DNA of 32,000 nt, taken from contig NZ_CP015137.1 in the NCBI RefSeq assembly GCF_001644705.1, positions 1,980,001 to 2,012,000 of the forward strand, read 5' to 3'. Below the pieces are notes generated by a model. It was not told the origin of the DNA. It worked only from the letters and a program-made list of their open reading frames with translations, and made no database searches. Below are positions 25,497 through 32,000 of the stretch, one piece after another (the stretch's first letter is position 1; every line of letters starts with the position of its first letter). The translations under genes were made by a program, and so were the position numbers. The stretch comes from Dickeya solani IPO 2222 (GTDB lineage Bacteria > Pseudomonadota > Gammaproteobacteria > Enterobacterales > Enterobacteriaceae).

Positions 25497-25620
25497 ATAC
25501 CCAAAATAATTCGAGTTGCAGAAAGGCGGCAACCGAGTGAATCCCCAGGAGCTTACATCAGAAGTGACTGGGGTGAGCGAGGACAGCCAACGCACCTATA
25601 ACTTGAAGTATGACGGGTAT
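25497..25620 (+). repeat. ERIC (enterobacterial repetitive intergenic consensus / IRU) element
   Basis: It contains gtgaatccccaggagcttacat, the exact complement of the ERIC1R primer, and agtgactggggtgagcg, the core of the ERIC2 primer. Imperfectly palindromic ends: atacccaaaataattcgagttgcag ... ctataacttgaagtatgacgggtat. Confidence 0.9.
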
Positions 25621-25659
25621 AAGCGCCTTTCAACCCAGTTACCAAAGAAGGAAAGAGAC

Positions 25660-25917
25660 ATGAAAAACGTTAAAACCATCGCTATCGCCGCTACCCTTGC
25701 CACCCTCTCTTTTGGCGCTTTCGCCGCTCAGAGCGTCAGCTATGATCAGGCCCAGCAGTTGGAGAAAATTGGTTCCGTTTCCGCCACCGCTAACGACCTG
25801 AGCTCGCTGCAAGCCAAACTGGCCCATCAGGCTGAAGCCGCGGGCGCTTCCGCTTACACCATCACCTATGCCAGCGGCGACAACACGCTGCGGGGCAACG
25901 CGGTGATCTATAAATAA
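25660..25917 (+). CDS. DUF1471 (YdgH/BhsA/McbA family) small periplasmic stress protein
   Basis: 85 codons. Signal peptide MKNVKTIAIAATLATLSFGAFA, and a mature part ending ...AGASAYTITYASGDNTLRGNAVIYK, typical of this family. AAGGA RBS. The ORF-track start at 25516 lies inside the ERIC element. Confidence 0.85.
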   Translation: MKNVKTIAIAATLATLSFGAFAAQSVSYDQAQQLEKIGSVSATANDLSSLQAKLAHQAEAAGASAYTITYASGDNTLRGNAVIYK

Positions 25918-25941
25918 TCGCCCGCGCTCATCATTACCCTC

Positions 25942-25975
25942 AACCCCGGTGCCTGTGTCCCCCCGGGGTTTTTTT
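25942..25975 (+). terminator. Rho-independent terminator of the DUF1471 gene
   Basis: aaccccgg-(13-nt loop)-ccggggtt followed by tttttat. Confidence 0.8.
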
Positions 25976-25994
25976 ATGCCTGGCGAAACGTCGT

Positions 25995-26690
25995 CTACTT
26001 ATCGCCGCTGAACAGATGGTCGTACACATGCTGGAGATGGCGCTCCATGCTGGCGCGCGCCCGGGCCGGGTCGCGCGCGACGATGGCCTCAGCGATATCG
26101 GCGTGGTCCTGATTCATGGTGCGGGGAAAATCGGAGTCGGCGTAAAGCGTTTCCAGCCGCACAAACCGGCTGCTCTGACGCTTGTTCCACAGGTAATCCA
26201 TCATGTCCTGCAACACTTCATTGCCGGACATCTCGCTGATCAGCAGGTGGAACCGCTTGTCTTCATGCAGAAACTGCGCGTCATTGACGTGCAGGCGAGA
26301 CAGGTCGCGGGTGATATCCTGCAACGCGGCGCGCTGCTCGTCGGTGGCATGTACCGCCGCCAGTTCCGCCATCATCGCCTCGTAGACCTGGCGGGCCTGA
26401 ATAAACGCCCGCAAGCTGAATTCCTCTTCCGGCAGCGCGGCGGGCGGCGCGTCCGGTAGCGGATCGTTGACGTACACGCCATTGCCGGTGCGAATCTCCA
26501 CCCAGCCGGTGATCTCCAGCGCAATCAGCGCCTCGCGGATGGATGAGCGGCTCACCCCCAGCTGTTTCGCCAGTTCACGCTCTGAGGGCAGCAGTTGCCC
26601 GGCCGCAAACTGACCGTTCCTGATGCAGTTAATCAGCAGGTTGGATATTTGCCGGTACAGCCGCTCAACTTTCAGTGTGGGTAACACCAT
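25995..26690 (-). CDS. GntR-family (FadR/FCD subfamily) regulator, candidate local regulator of uxuA
   Basis: Start reassigned to ATG 26690 (MVLPTLKVERLYRQISNLL...; GGAGG RBS). Winged HTH LPSERELAKQLGVSRSSIREALIALEITGWVEIRTGNGVYV plus an FCD-type C-terminal domain. It is divergent from uxuA. Confidence 0.85.
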   Translation of the reverse strand: MVLPTLKVERLYRQISNLLINCIRNGQFAAGQLLPSERELAKQLGVSRSSIREALIALEITGWVEIRTGNGVYVNDPLPDAPPAALPEEEFSLRAFIQARQVYEAMMAELAAVHATDEQRAALQDITRDLSRLHVNDAQFLHEDKRFHLLISEMSGNEVLQDMMDYLWNKRQSSRFVRLETLYADSDFPRTMNQDHADIAEAIVARDPARARASMERHLQHVYDHLFSGDK

Positions 26691-26828
26691 ATCCCCTCCG
26701 GATCCCCCGTCAGTCGTGTCCTGTCTGTCAATAACAGCCCGCAGCTTATCATAGCCGCCAAAACGCCAGAAAATTAAATGCCGACGCCTCACCTCCGGGC
26801 GCGACGCTAACTTCCAGCCTGGCGTTTA

Positions 26829-26844
26829 CGTGATCTAAATCACA
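26829..26844. promoter_or_regulatory. CRP-binding site candidate upstream of uxuA
   Basis: cgtga-tctaaa-tcaca matches 9/10 of TGTGA-N6-TCACA. Its centre is about 120 bp upstream of the uxuA ATG. Confidence 0.55.
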
Positions 26845-26850
26845 GAAATA

Positions 26851-26866
26851 TCACCACAGGTGGTGA
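26851..26866. promoter_or_regulatory. 16-bp perfect-arm palindrome (candidate operator) in the GntR/uxuA divergent region
   Basis: tcaccac-ag-gtggtga, with 7-bp perfect arms. Confidence 0.4.
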
Positions 26867-26872
26867 ATAGTG

Positions 26873-26905
26873 AATCGGTCTGGTGGCCTGACCACCGGAC
26901 CGATT
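26873..26905. promoter_or_regulatory. 33-bp imperfect palindrome (candidate operator or 5'-UTR hairpin) ~50 nt upstream of uxuA
   Basis: aatcggtctggtgg-cctga-ccaccggaccgatt, with 13 of 14 arm positions complementary. Confidence 0.4.
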
Positions 26906-26955
26906 AGTCGTCGTTCTTGATTATGACCCAAGTCTATAGCTTAAGGAGCTGCTTT

Positions 26956-28140
26956 ATGGAACACACCTGGCGCTGGTACGGCCCCAACGATCCGGTGTCG
27001 CTGGATGATGCCCGCCAGGCGGGCGCGACCGGTATCGTCACCGCCCTGCATCACATCCCGAATGGCGAAGTGTGGAGCATTGAAGAGATTAAGAAACGTC
27101 AGGCGCAGTTGGCCGAAAAAGGGTTGATCTGGTCGGTGGTGGAAAGCGTGCCGGTGCATGAATCCATCAAAACCCAGACCGGCGACTACCGCCAGTACAT
27201 CGCCAACTATCAGCAGTCGCTGCGCAATCTGGGCGCCTGCGGCATCGATACCGTGTGCTACAACTTCATGCCTGTGCTGGACTGGACCCGTACCGATCTG
27301 GAATACCCGCTGCCGGACGGCTCCCGGGCGTTACGTTTTGACCATACCGCTTTCGCGGCGTTTGAGCTACACCTGCTAAAACGTGACGGTGCCGCTGCCG
27401 ACTACACCGATGAAGAGCAACGTCAGGCCGCCGCCTATTTCGCCGCCATGACCGATGCCGACAAAGACAAGCTGACCCGTAATATCATCGCCGGCCTGCC
27501 GGGCGCCGAAGAAGGTTACACACTGGACCAGTTCCGCGCCCAGCTGGCGCAGTACGACGGCATCGATAAGGCGAAACTGCGTGAACATATGGCAGAATTC
27601 TTGCGGGCGATCGTGCCGGTGGCGCAAGAAGTCGGCATCGTGCTGGCGGTCCATCCGGACGATCCGCCGCGCCCGATTCTCGGCCTGCCGCGCATTGTTT
27701 CCACCATTGAGGATATGCAGTGGCTGAAAGACGCCGTGGACAGCATCCATAACGGATTCACCATGTGCACCGGGTCTTACGGCGTGCGGGCGGACAACGA
27801 TTTGGTGAAGATGATCGAAACCTTCGCCGACCGCATCCACTTCACCCATTTGCGCGCCACCTGCCGCGAGGACAACCCGAAAAGTTTCCACGAAGCGGCT
27901 CACCTGCATGGCGATGTGGACATGGTGAAGGTGGTGAAAGCGATTCTGGCGGAAGAGTACCGCCGCCGTCAGCAGGGTAATACCCGCGCCATTCCGATGC
28001 GCCCGGATCACGGCCATCAGATGCTGGATGACCTGAAGAAGAAAACCAACCCCGGCTATTCCGCCATCGGGCGGCTGAAAGGGTTGGCGGAAGTGCGCGG
28101 CGTCGAACTGGCAATCAAACAGACGTTCTTTAACGACTGA
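26956..28140 (+). CDS. uxuA: Mannonate dehydratase UxuA
   Basis: [41 protein letters not shown]...[16 protein letters not shown]...[40 protein letters not shown] is near-colinear with E. coli UxuA. 394 codons, with an AAGGAG SD. The ORF-track start at 26917 is rejected. Confidence 0.95.
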   Translation: MEHTWRWYGPNDPVSLDDARQAGATGIVTALHHIPNGEVWSIEEIKKRQAQLAEKGLIWSVVESVPVHESIKTQTGDYRQYIANYQQSLRNLGACGIDTVCYNFMPVLDWTRTDLEYPLPDGSRALRFDHTAFAAFELHLLKRDGAAADYTDEEQRQAAAYFAAMTDADKDKLTRNIIAGLPGAEEGYTLDQFRAQLAQYDGIDKAKLREHMAEFLRAIVPVAQEVGIVLAVHPDDPPRPILGLPRIVSTIEDMQWLKDAVDSIHNGFTMCTGSYGVRADNDLVKMIETFADRIHFTHLRATCREDNPKSFHEAAHLHGDVDMVKVVKAILAEEYRRRQQGNTRAIPMRPDHGHQMLDDLKKKTNPGYSAIGRLKGLAEVRGVELAIKQTFFND

Positions 28141-28159
28141 CCCGCACACTCGCCTACAC

Positions 28160-28181
28160 GTCTGGCCCGTACGGGTCAGAC
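28160..28181. terminator. Hairpin between convergent uxuA and yidA (weak or bidirectional terminator candidate)
   Basis: gtctggcccg-ta-cgggtcagac has 10 positions including one G-U. It overlaps the yidA stop codon and has no clear U-tract on either strand. Confidence 0.35.
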
Positions 28182-28991
28182 ATTCAACACAAACTTCTCG
28201 ATAGCGTAAGCCACGCCGTCTTCACTGTTGGATCGAGTAACAAACTGGCTTGCCGCCTTGACGGCGTCGATAGCATTGCCCATCGCCACACCCAGCCCGG
28301 CAAACTCGATCATCGCCAGATCGTTTTCCTGATCGCCCAACGCCATCACTTCATCCCGCTCAAGGCCAAGATGTTGCGCCAGCATGTTCACCCCTTCGCC
28401 TTTGTTCACGCGCTTGTCCAGAATCTCCAGATAGAAAGCGGCGCTTTTCATGATGGTGTAACGCGTGAAATCCTCGCGCGGAATGCGGGCGATAGCGGCA
28501 TCCAGCACTTCAGGCTCGTCAATCATCATCACTTTTGGGAAACGCAGGCTGGGGTCCATTTCCTCCACCGCCCGGTATTTCAGCGGCATACTGGTCAGGT
28601 GGGACTCATGCACCGTGTAGGCGCTGATATCTTTGTTGGCGGTGTAAACGTAATTGAAATCAAGCGCATGGAAGTGCACGCCCAACTCACGCGACAGCGC
28701 CTCGAAGTGGCGATAGTCGTCGAAGCTTAGCGTAGTTTGCGCCACGCATTCGCCCGTCGCCGTGCGCTGCACCAGCGCGCCGTTATTGGTGATGCAGTAA
28801 TGTCCTTCCTGCTGTAGCCCCAGCTGTTTCAGATAGCGTTCGACGCCGATGAACGGACGGCCGGTAGCCAGCGCCACATAGACACCTTTTTCACGGGCGG
28901 CGACAATCGCCTGTTTCACCGCTGGCGAGATTTGATTTTCCGGCGTCAACAGCGTGCCGTCCATATCAATCGCAATCAGTTTTATCGCCAT
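28176..28991 (-). CDS. yidA: Cof-type HAD sugar phosphatase YidA
   Basis: MAIKLIAIDMDGTLLTPENQISPAVKQAI...ILDKRVNKGEGV...GDQENDLAMIEFAGLGVAMGNA...NSEDGVAYAIEKFVLN is near-colinear with E. coli YidA. I set the start at ATG 28991 (271 codons), not the ORF-track 29231. Confidence 0.92.
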   Translation of the reverse strand: MAIKLIAIDMDGTLLTPENQISPAVKQAIVAAREKGVYVALATGRPFIGVERYLKQLGLQQEGHYCITNNGALVQRTATGECVAQTTLSFDDYRHFEALSRELGVHFHALDFNYVYTANKDISAYTVHESHLTSMPLKYRAVEEMDPSLRFPKVMMIDEPEVLDAAIARIPREDFTRYTIMKSAAFYLEILDKRVNKGEGVNMLAQHLGLERDEVMALGDQENDLAMIEFAGLGVAMGNAIDAVKAASQFVTRSNSEDGVAYAIEKFVLNV

Positions 28992-29086
28992 GAATTTCCC
29001 CAATAATAAGTTCAACTCCCCGCATGCTAACGCGATTTCGCCGGGCGAAGCCAGAAAAACAGCGCCAGTTTTATGAGGCTCCAGAT

Positions 29087-29113
29087 TAAAGAACCCCCTA
29101 CGCAGGCCGATAT
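29087..29113 (+). promoter_or_regulatory. Sigma28 (FliA) promoter of the chemoreceptor gene
   Basis: TAAAGAAC-N11-GCCGATAT compared with the consensus TAAAGTTT-N11-GCCGATAA. It lies about 110 nt upstream of the MCP ATG. Confidence 0.7.
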
Positions 29114-29119
29114 TATAAA

Positions 29120-29135
29120 TGTGATGTAGTTCACA
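29120..29135. promoter_or_regulatory. Consensus-core CRP-binding site
   Basis: tgtga-tgtagt-tcaca is a perfect 10/10 core with AT-rich flanks (aaatgtgatgtagttcacaata). It starts 7 nt after the sigma28 -10 element. Confidence 0.6.
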
Positions 29136-29223
29136 ATAAGGACATGTTTCAGGCTGCACACGTTCACCTGCTGTTGATTTTTCTTTCATCCATTGAACGG
29201 CTTCACACAGGGGAGTTCTCATC

Positions 29224-31230
29224 ATGTCCACTGAGCTGATTTCCTATCCTTCCTCTATTCAGACGCCGCAGGTCTCGCCCTCCGCCACTGGGAAGAAAAC
29301 ACTCTCTACCCGCGCGCTGGTGCTGATTACCACGGTTTTCATCATTACCTGTGGCTTTATCCTCACTATCGGTTTTCTGCTGTGGCAATCCGGCCAGCAA
29401 CAAAAAACCACCGCCCAACAATTACTGGAGCAGACGGCCTACACCAGCGCTTATTCGGTGCAGAACCGGCTCGACGTAGCGCTGTTTGCCGCCCGCGACC
29501 TGGTGCAGAGCGTTATCAGCCTGCGGGAAGCCGGCGCGCCGGACCGCGCCACCGCCGAGCAGTTGCTGAAAAACGCGCTCAAGAGCCACCCGGATTTGCT
29601 GTCGATGTCGCTGGCGTGGGAGCCGAACGCCTTTGACGGCAAAGACCAGCAGTATGTCAGCCAGCCGGAACAGGACCCGAAGGGCCGGTTTGTGCGTTAC
29701 GTTGACCGTGACAACACCGGTAAGGTGGCGCTGCACAACCTGACCGATTACGAAACGCCCGGCAGCGGCGATTACTATCTGCTGCCGCGTAAGCTGCAAA
29801 AAGAAGTGATTCTCGAACCCTATAGCTACCCCTATAACGGCGTCGACGTGCTGCTGACCTCAATTGCGGTGCCGATCATGATTGACGGCAAATTTTACGG
29901 CTCGGTAACCGCCGATTTTTCGCTCGATACGCTGCAACAGATGGTCAACGGCATTAAGCCTTATCAGGGCGCCGGCTACGCCACGATGCTTTCCGCCTCC
30001 GGCGCGTACATCGCCCACCCGGACAAAACGCGCATCTCCAAAAAGCTGGAAGGCGACCCGCCGCTGATGGACAGCATTACCGCAGGCAAACCCTATACCC
30101 GGCAGCGTTTCAACAGCTTCACTAACGCCGAGATGATGAACGCCTACGTGCCTGTCACCATCGGCAATACCGGCACGCCGTGGATGCTGGGGGTGAGCGT
30201 GCCGGAGCAGGTGGTGATGGCCGAATCGGTGCGGCTGCGTTACATCGGCGCCCTCATGACCCTGTTTAGCATTCTGGTGGTGTCCGGGGTGATCGGCCTG
30301 ATCTTCACCCGTAAGGTGCTGCGCCCGGTGGGCGGCGAACCGGCCGACGCCGCGGCGATCGCGCTGGCGGTGGCGCAAGGCGACCTAACGCTCCACATCC
30401 CGGTACAACCCAAGGATACCAGCAGCATTTTCTACGCGATGTCGGAAATGCAGCAGCAGCTGCGCACTATCGTGGAACAACTGATGAGCACCAGCGAATC
30501 GGTCAGTCACGGCGCGGTGGAGATTTCAGCCGGCAACGTCGACCTGGCGTCCCGTACCGAACAGCAGGCGGCAGCGCTGGAAGAAACCGCCGCCAGCATG
30601 GAACAGATCACCGCCACCGTGAAGCAGAACGCCGATAACGCGCACAGCGCCACCCGGCTGACGCAAAACGCGGCGCACATCGCCCAGCGCGGCGACGAGA
30701 TCGTAAGCCAGGTGGTCACGGTAATGGGCAGCATTGATGAAAGTTCGAAGAAAATCAGCGAGATCACCAGCATCATCAGCAGCATCGCGTTCCAGACCAA
30801 TATTCTGGCGCTCAACGCGGCGGTGGAAGCAGCCCGCGCCGGCGAGCAGGGTCGCGGTTTCGCCGTCGTGGCCGGCGAGGTGCGCAGTCTGGCTCAACGC
30901 AGCGCCAGCGCGGTGAAAGACATCACCGCGCTGATTGGTGAATCCGCCGAACGGGTCAGTCATGGGGTCGGGATGGTGGAAAACGCCGGGAAAACCATGC
31001 GGGATATGCTGACCGCCGTTACCTCGGTCAACGACATCATGAGCGAGATTGTCGCCGCATCCGACGAGCAATCCCGCGGCATTAGTCAGGTGACGCAGGC
31101 GGTGCATGAAATGGACGGCGTCACCCAGCAAAACGCCGCGCTGGTGCAGCAAGCCACCGCCGCCGCCGCGTCACTGGAAGATCAGGCCCGGCAACTGGCG
31201 CAGCTGGTGCAGGTGTTCCGTATTCATTGA
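29224..31230 (+). CDS. Methyl-accepting chemotaxis protein with periplasmic dCache-type sensor
   Basis: 668 codons. TM1 is around residues 32-55, followed by a ~280-aa periplasmic domain with Cache-like features, TM2 ([22 protein letters not shown]) and a HAMP domain. The signalling domain is conserved ([21 protein letters not shown]; [41 protein letters not shown]). There is no C-terminal NWETF-type pentapeptide. GGAG RBS. Confidence 0.92.
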   Translation: MSTELISYPSSIQTPQVSPSATGKKTLSTRALVLITTVFIITCGFILTIGFLLWQSGQQQKTTAQQLLEQTAYTSAYSVQNRLDVALFAARDLVQSVISLREAGAPDRATAEQLLKNALKSHPDLLSMSLAWEPNAFDGKDQQYVSQPEQDPKGRFVRYVDRDNTGKVALHNLTDYETPGSGDYYLLPRKLQKEVILEPYSYPYNGVDVLLTSIAVPIMIDGKFYGSVTADFSLDTLQQMVNGIKPYQGAGYATMLSASGAYIAHPDKTRISKKLEGDPPLMDSITAGKPYTRQRFNSFTNAEMMNAYVPVTIGNTGTPWMLGVSVPEQVVMAESVRLRYIGALMTLFSILVVSGVIGLIFTRKVLRPVGGEPADAAAIALAVAQGDLTLHIPVQPKDTSSIFYAMSEMQQQLRTIVEQLMSTSESVSHGAVEISAGNVDLASRTEQQAAALEETAASMEQITATVKQNADNAHSATRLTQNAAHIAQRGDEIVSQVVTVMGSIDESSKKISEITSIISSIAFQTNILALNAAVEAARAGEQGRGFAVVAGEVRSLAQRSASAVKDITALIGESAERVSHGVGMVENAGKTMRDMLTAVTSVNDIMSEIVAASDEQSRGISQVTQAVHEMDGVTQQNAALVQQATAAAASLEDQARQLAQLVQVFRIH

Positions 31231-31257
31231 TAACGATAACGGGTCGTCATAACGCAA

Positions 31258-31282
31258 AAGGCATAGCCGATGGCTATGCCTT
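31258..31282 (-). terminator. Terminator hairpin between convergent MCP gene and uspA
   Basis: 11-bp perfect stem aaggcatagcc / ggctatgcctt with a 3-nt loop. On the minus strand it is followed by ttttgcgtt, a good uspA terminator. On the plus strand only tt follows. Confidence 0.6.
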
Positions 31283-31329
31283 GGTATCCGCCTAATCATC
31301 CGACCCATATCAGAGCCGCTTCAGGCGGC

Positions 31330-31764
31330 TTACTCCTCTTCTTCACGCAGCGGCACAATCAGCATGTCGATGTGGACGGTATTGATCAGCTGGCGCGCGG
31401 ACGACATCAGTTTGCTCCAGAAATCCTGATGATGACCGCACAACACCAGGTCGACATCATACTTGCGGATAGCGTCAACCAGCACCTGGCCCAAATCACC
31501 GCTGCCGCTCAGGGTTTCCGAGATCGGATAGCCGGCGTTGTCCGCCAGTTCCTTCAGGGCGTTCTGGGTTTCTTCGGAAATACGTTGCTGCATGTCGCCC
31601 AGGTTGACATCGATCAGCCCGGTGTAGAGATCGGAGTAATTCACATCAACATGGATCAAAGAGACTTTGGCATCATACGGCCGCGCCATGGAGACCGCTT
31701 TTTCCACTAACACCTTACTTTCCGGTGACAGGTCAACCGCGATAAGGATGTGTTTGTAAGCCAT
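31330..31764 (-). CDS. uspA: Universal stress protein A
   Basis: [30 protein letters not shown]...[41 protein letters not shown], 144 codons, essentially identical in layout to E. coli UspA. Confidence 0.95.
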   Translation of the reverse strand: MAYKHILIAVDLSPESKVLVEKAVSMARPYDAKVSLIHVDVNYSDLYTGLIDVNLGDMQQRISEETQNALKELADNAGYPISETLSGSGDLGQVLVDAIRKYDVDLVLCGHHQDFWSKLMSSARQLINTVHIDMLIVPLREEEE

Positions 31765-32000
31765 GATAAGCTCCTTCCGTAATGACTAACTGATGGGTCA
31801 GCAGATATTTCTCCTGCCAGTCTGATAACCGATGGCTGCGATGAGCATAACACCCCCCCGATTCAGGGTTATGTTCAACAGATCACAACGCCACATATTT
31901 TGTAACGGTTCTGCAGGTACTGGTAACCACTTGCCCTGAAGCGACCGTTCATCCACGCCGATACTATCTACAACGGTGAAACTATCTACAATGGTGACAC

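Noticed and set aside
28992-29231. N-terminal extension of the yidA ORF in the track (351 aa). Analogous extensions occur for ibpB (to 13870), ibpA (to 14365), the oxidoreductase (to 23337), the GntR gene (to 26792), uxuA (from 26917), the DUF1471 gene (from 25516) and dppD (to 2304).
   Set aside because: In each case an internal ATG with a good SD reproduces the N-terminus of the known protein family. The extensions cross promoters, an ERIC element or neighbouring genes.

Overview
This is a 32-kb chromosomal segment from a fairly GC-rich member of the Enterobacterales. It has E. coli-like gene blocks and one ERIC element. The mix of a dCache chemoreceptor, hexuronate genes and citrate genes suggests a plant-associated Pectobacteriaceae such as Dickeya, but I cannot test that here. 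About three quarters of the coding sequence is on the minus strand. Left to right: (1) the 3' end of an unidentified gene; (2) dppFDCBA on the minus strand, preceded by 1.25 kb of non-coding DNA whose dppA-proximal part is an array of eight ~15-bp tandem repeats that are C/A-rich in mRNA sense; (3) a citrate-type uptake and sensing module without citrate-lyase genes, made of a CitS-like 2HCT carrier, a CitB/CitA two-component system with a 20-bp tandem duplication exactly at the citA/citB junction, and a DASS anion carrier; (4) a 0.65-kb AT-rich spacer with an orphan minus-strand terminator; (5) ibpBA with a sigma32 promoter and two ROSE-like SD-masking hairpins; (6) yidQ; (7) a ~9-kb block separating yidQ from yidR, which are adjacent in E. 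coli as I recall. This block holds a LacI-family regulator, an MHS-type MFS carrier, a 92-codon remnant of a BNR/sialidase-fold gene, a DapA/NanA-family aldolase, a FucI-like isomerase, an FGGY pentulose-type kinase, and a lower-GC HxlR/NAD(P)-oxidoreductase pair; (8) yidR, an ERIC element, a DUF1471 protein, a GntR regulator divergent from uxuA, yidA, a sigma28-promoted dCache chemoreceptor, and uspA. I saw no tRNA/rRNA, CRISPR, IS, integrase or phage genes. The most interesting candidate is the transporter-aldolase-isomerase-kinase operon. Its gene set fits a route for a 2-keto-3-deoxy (ulosonic) sugar acid such as Kdo: aldol cleavage to pyruvate plus D-arabinose, isomerisation to D-ribulose, then phosphorylation. 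That is inference from family membership only. All product calls rest on motifs and recalled homologues, not on database searches.
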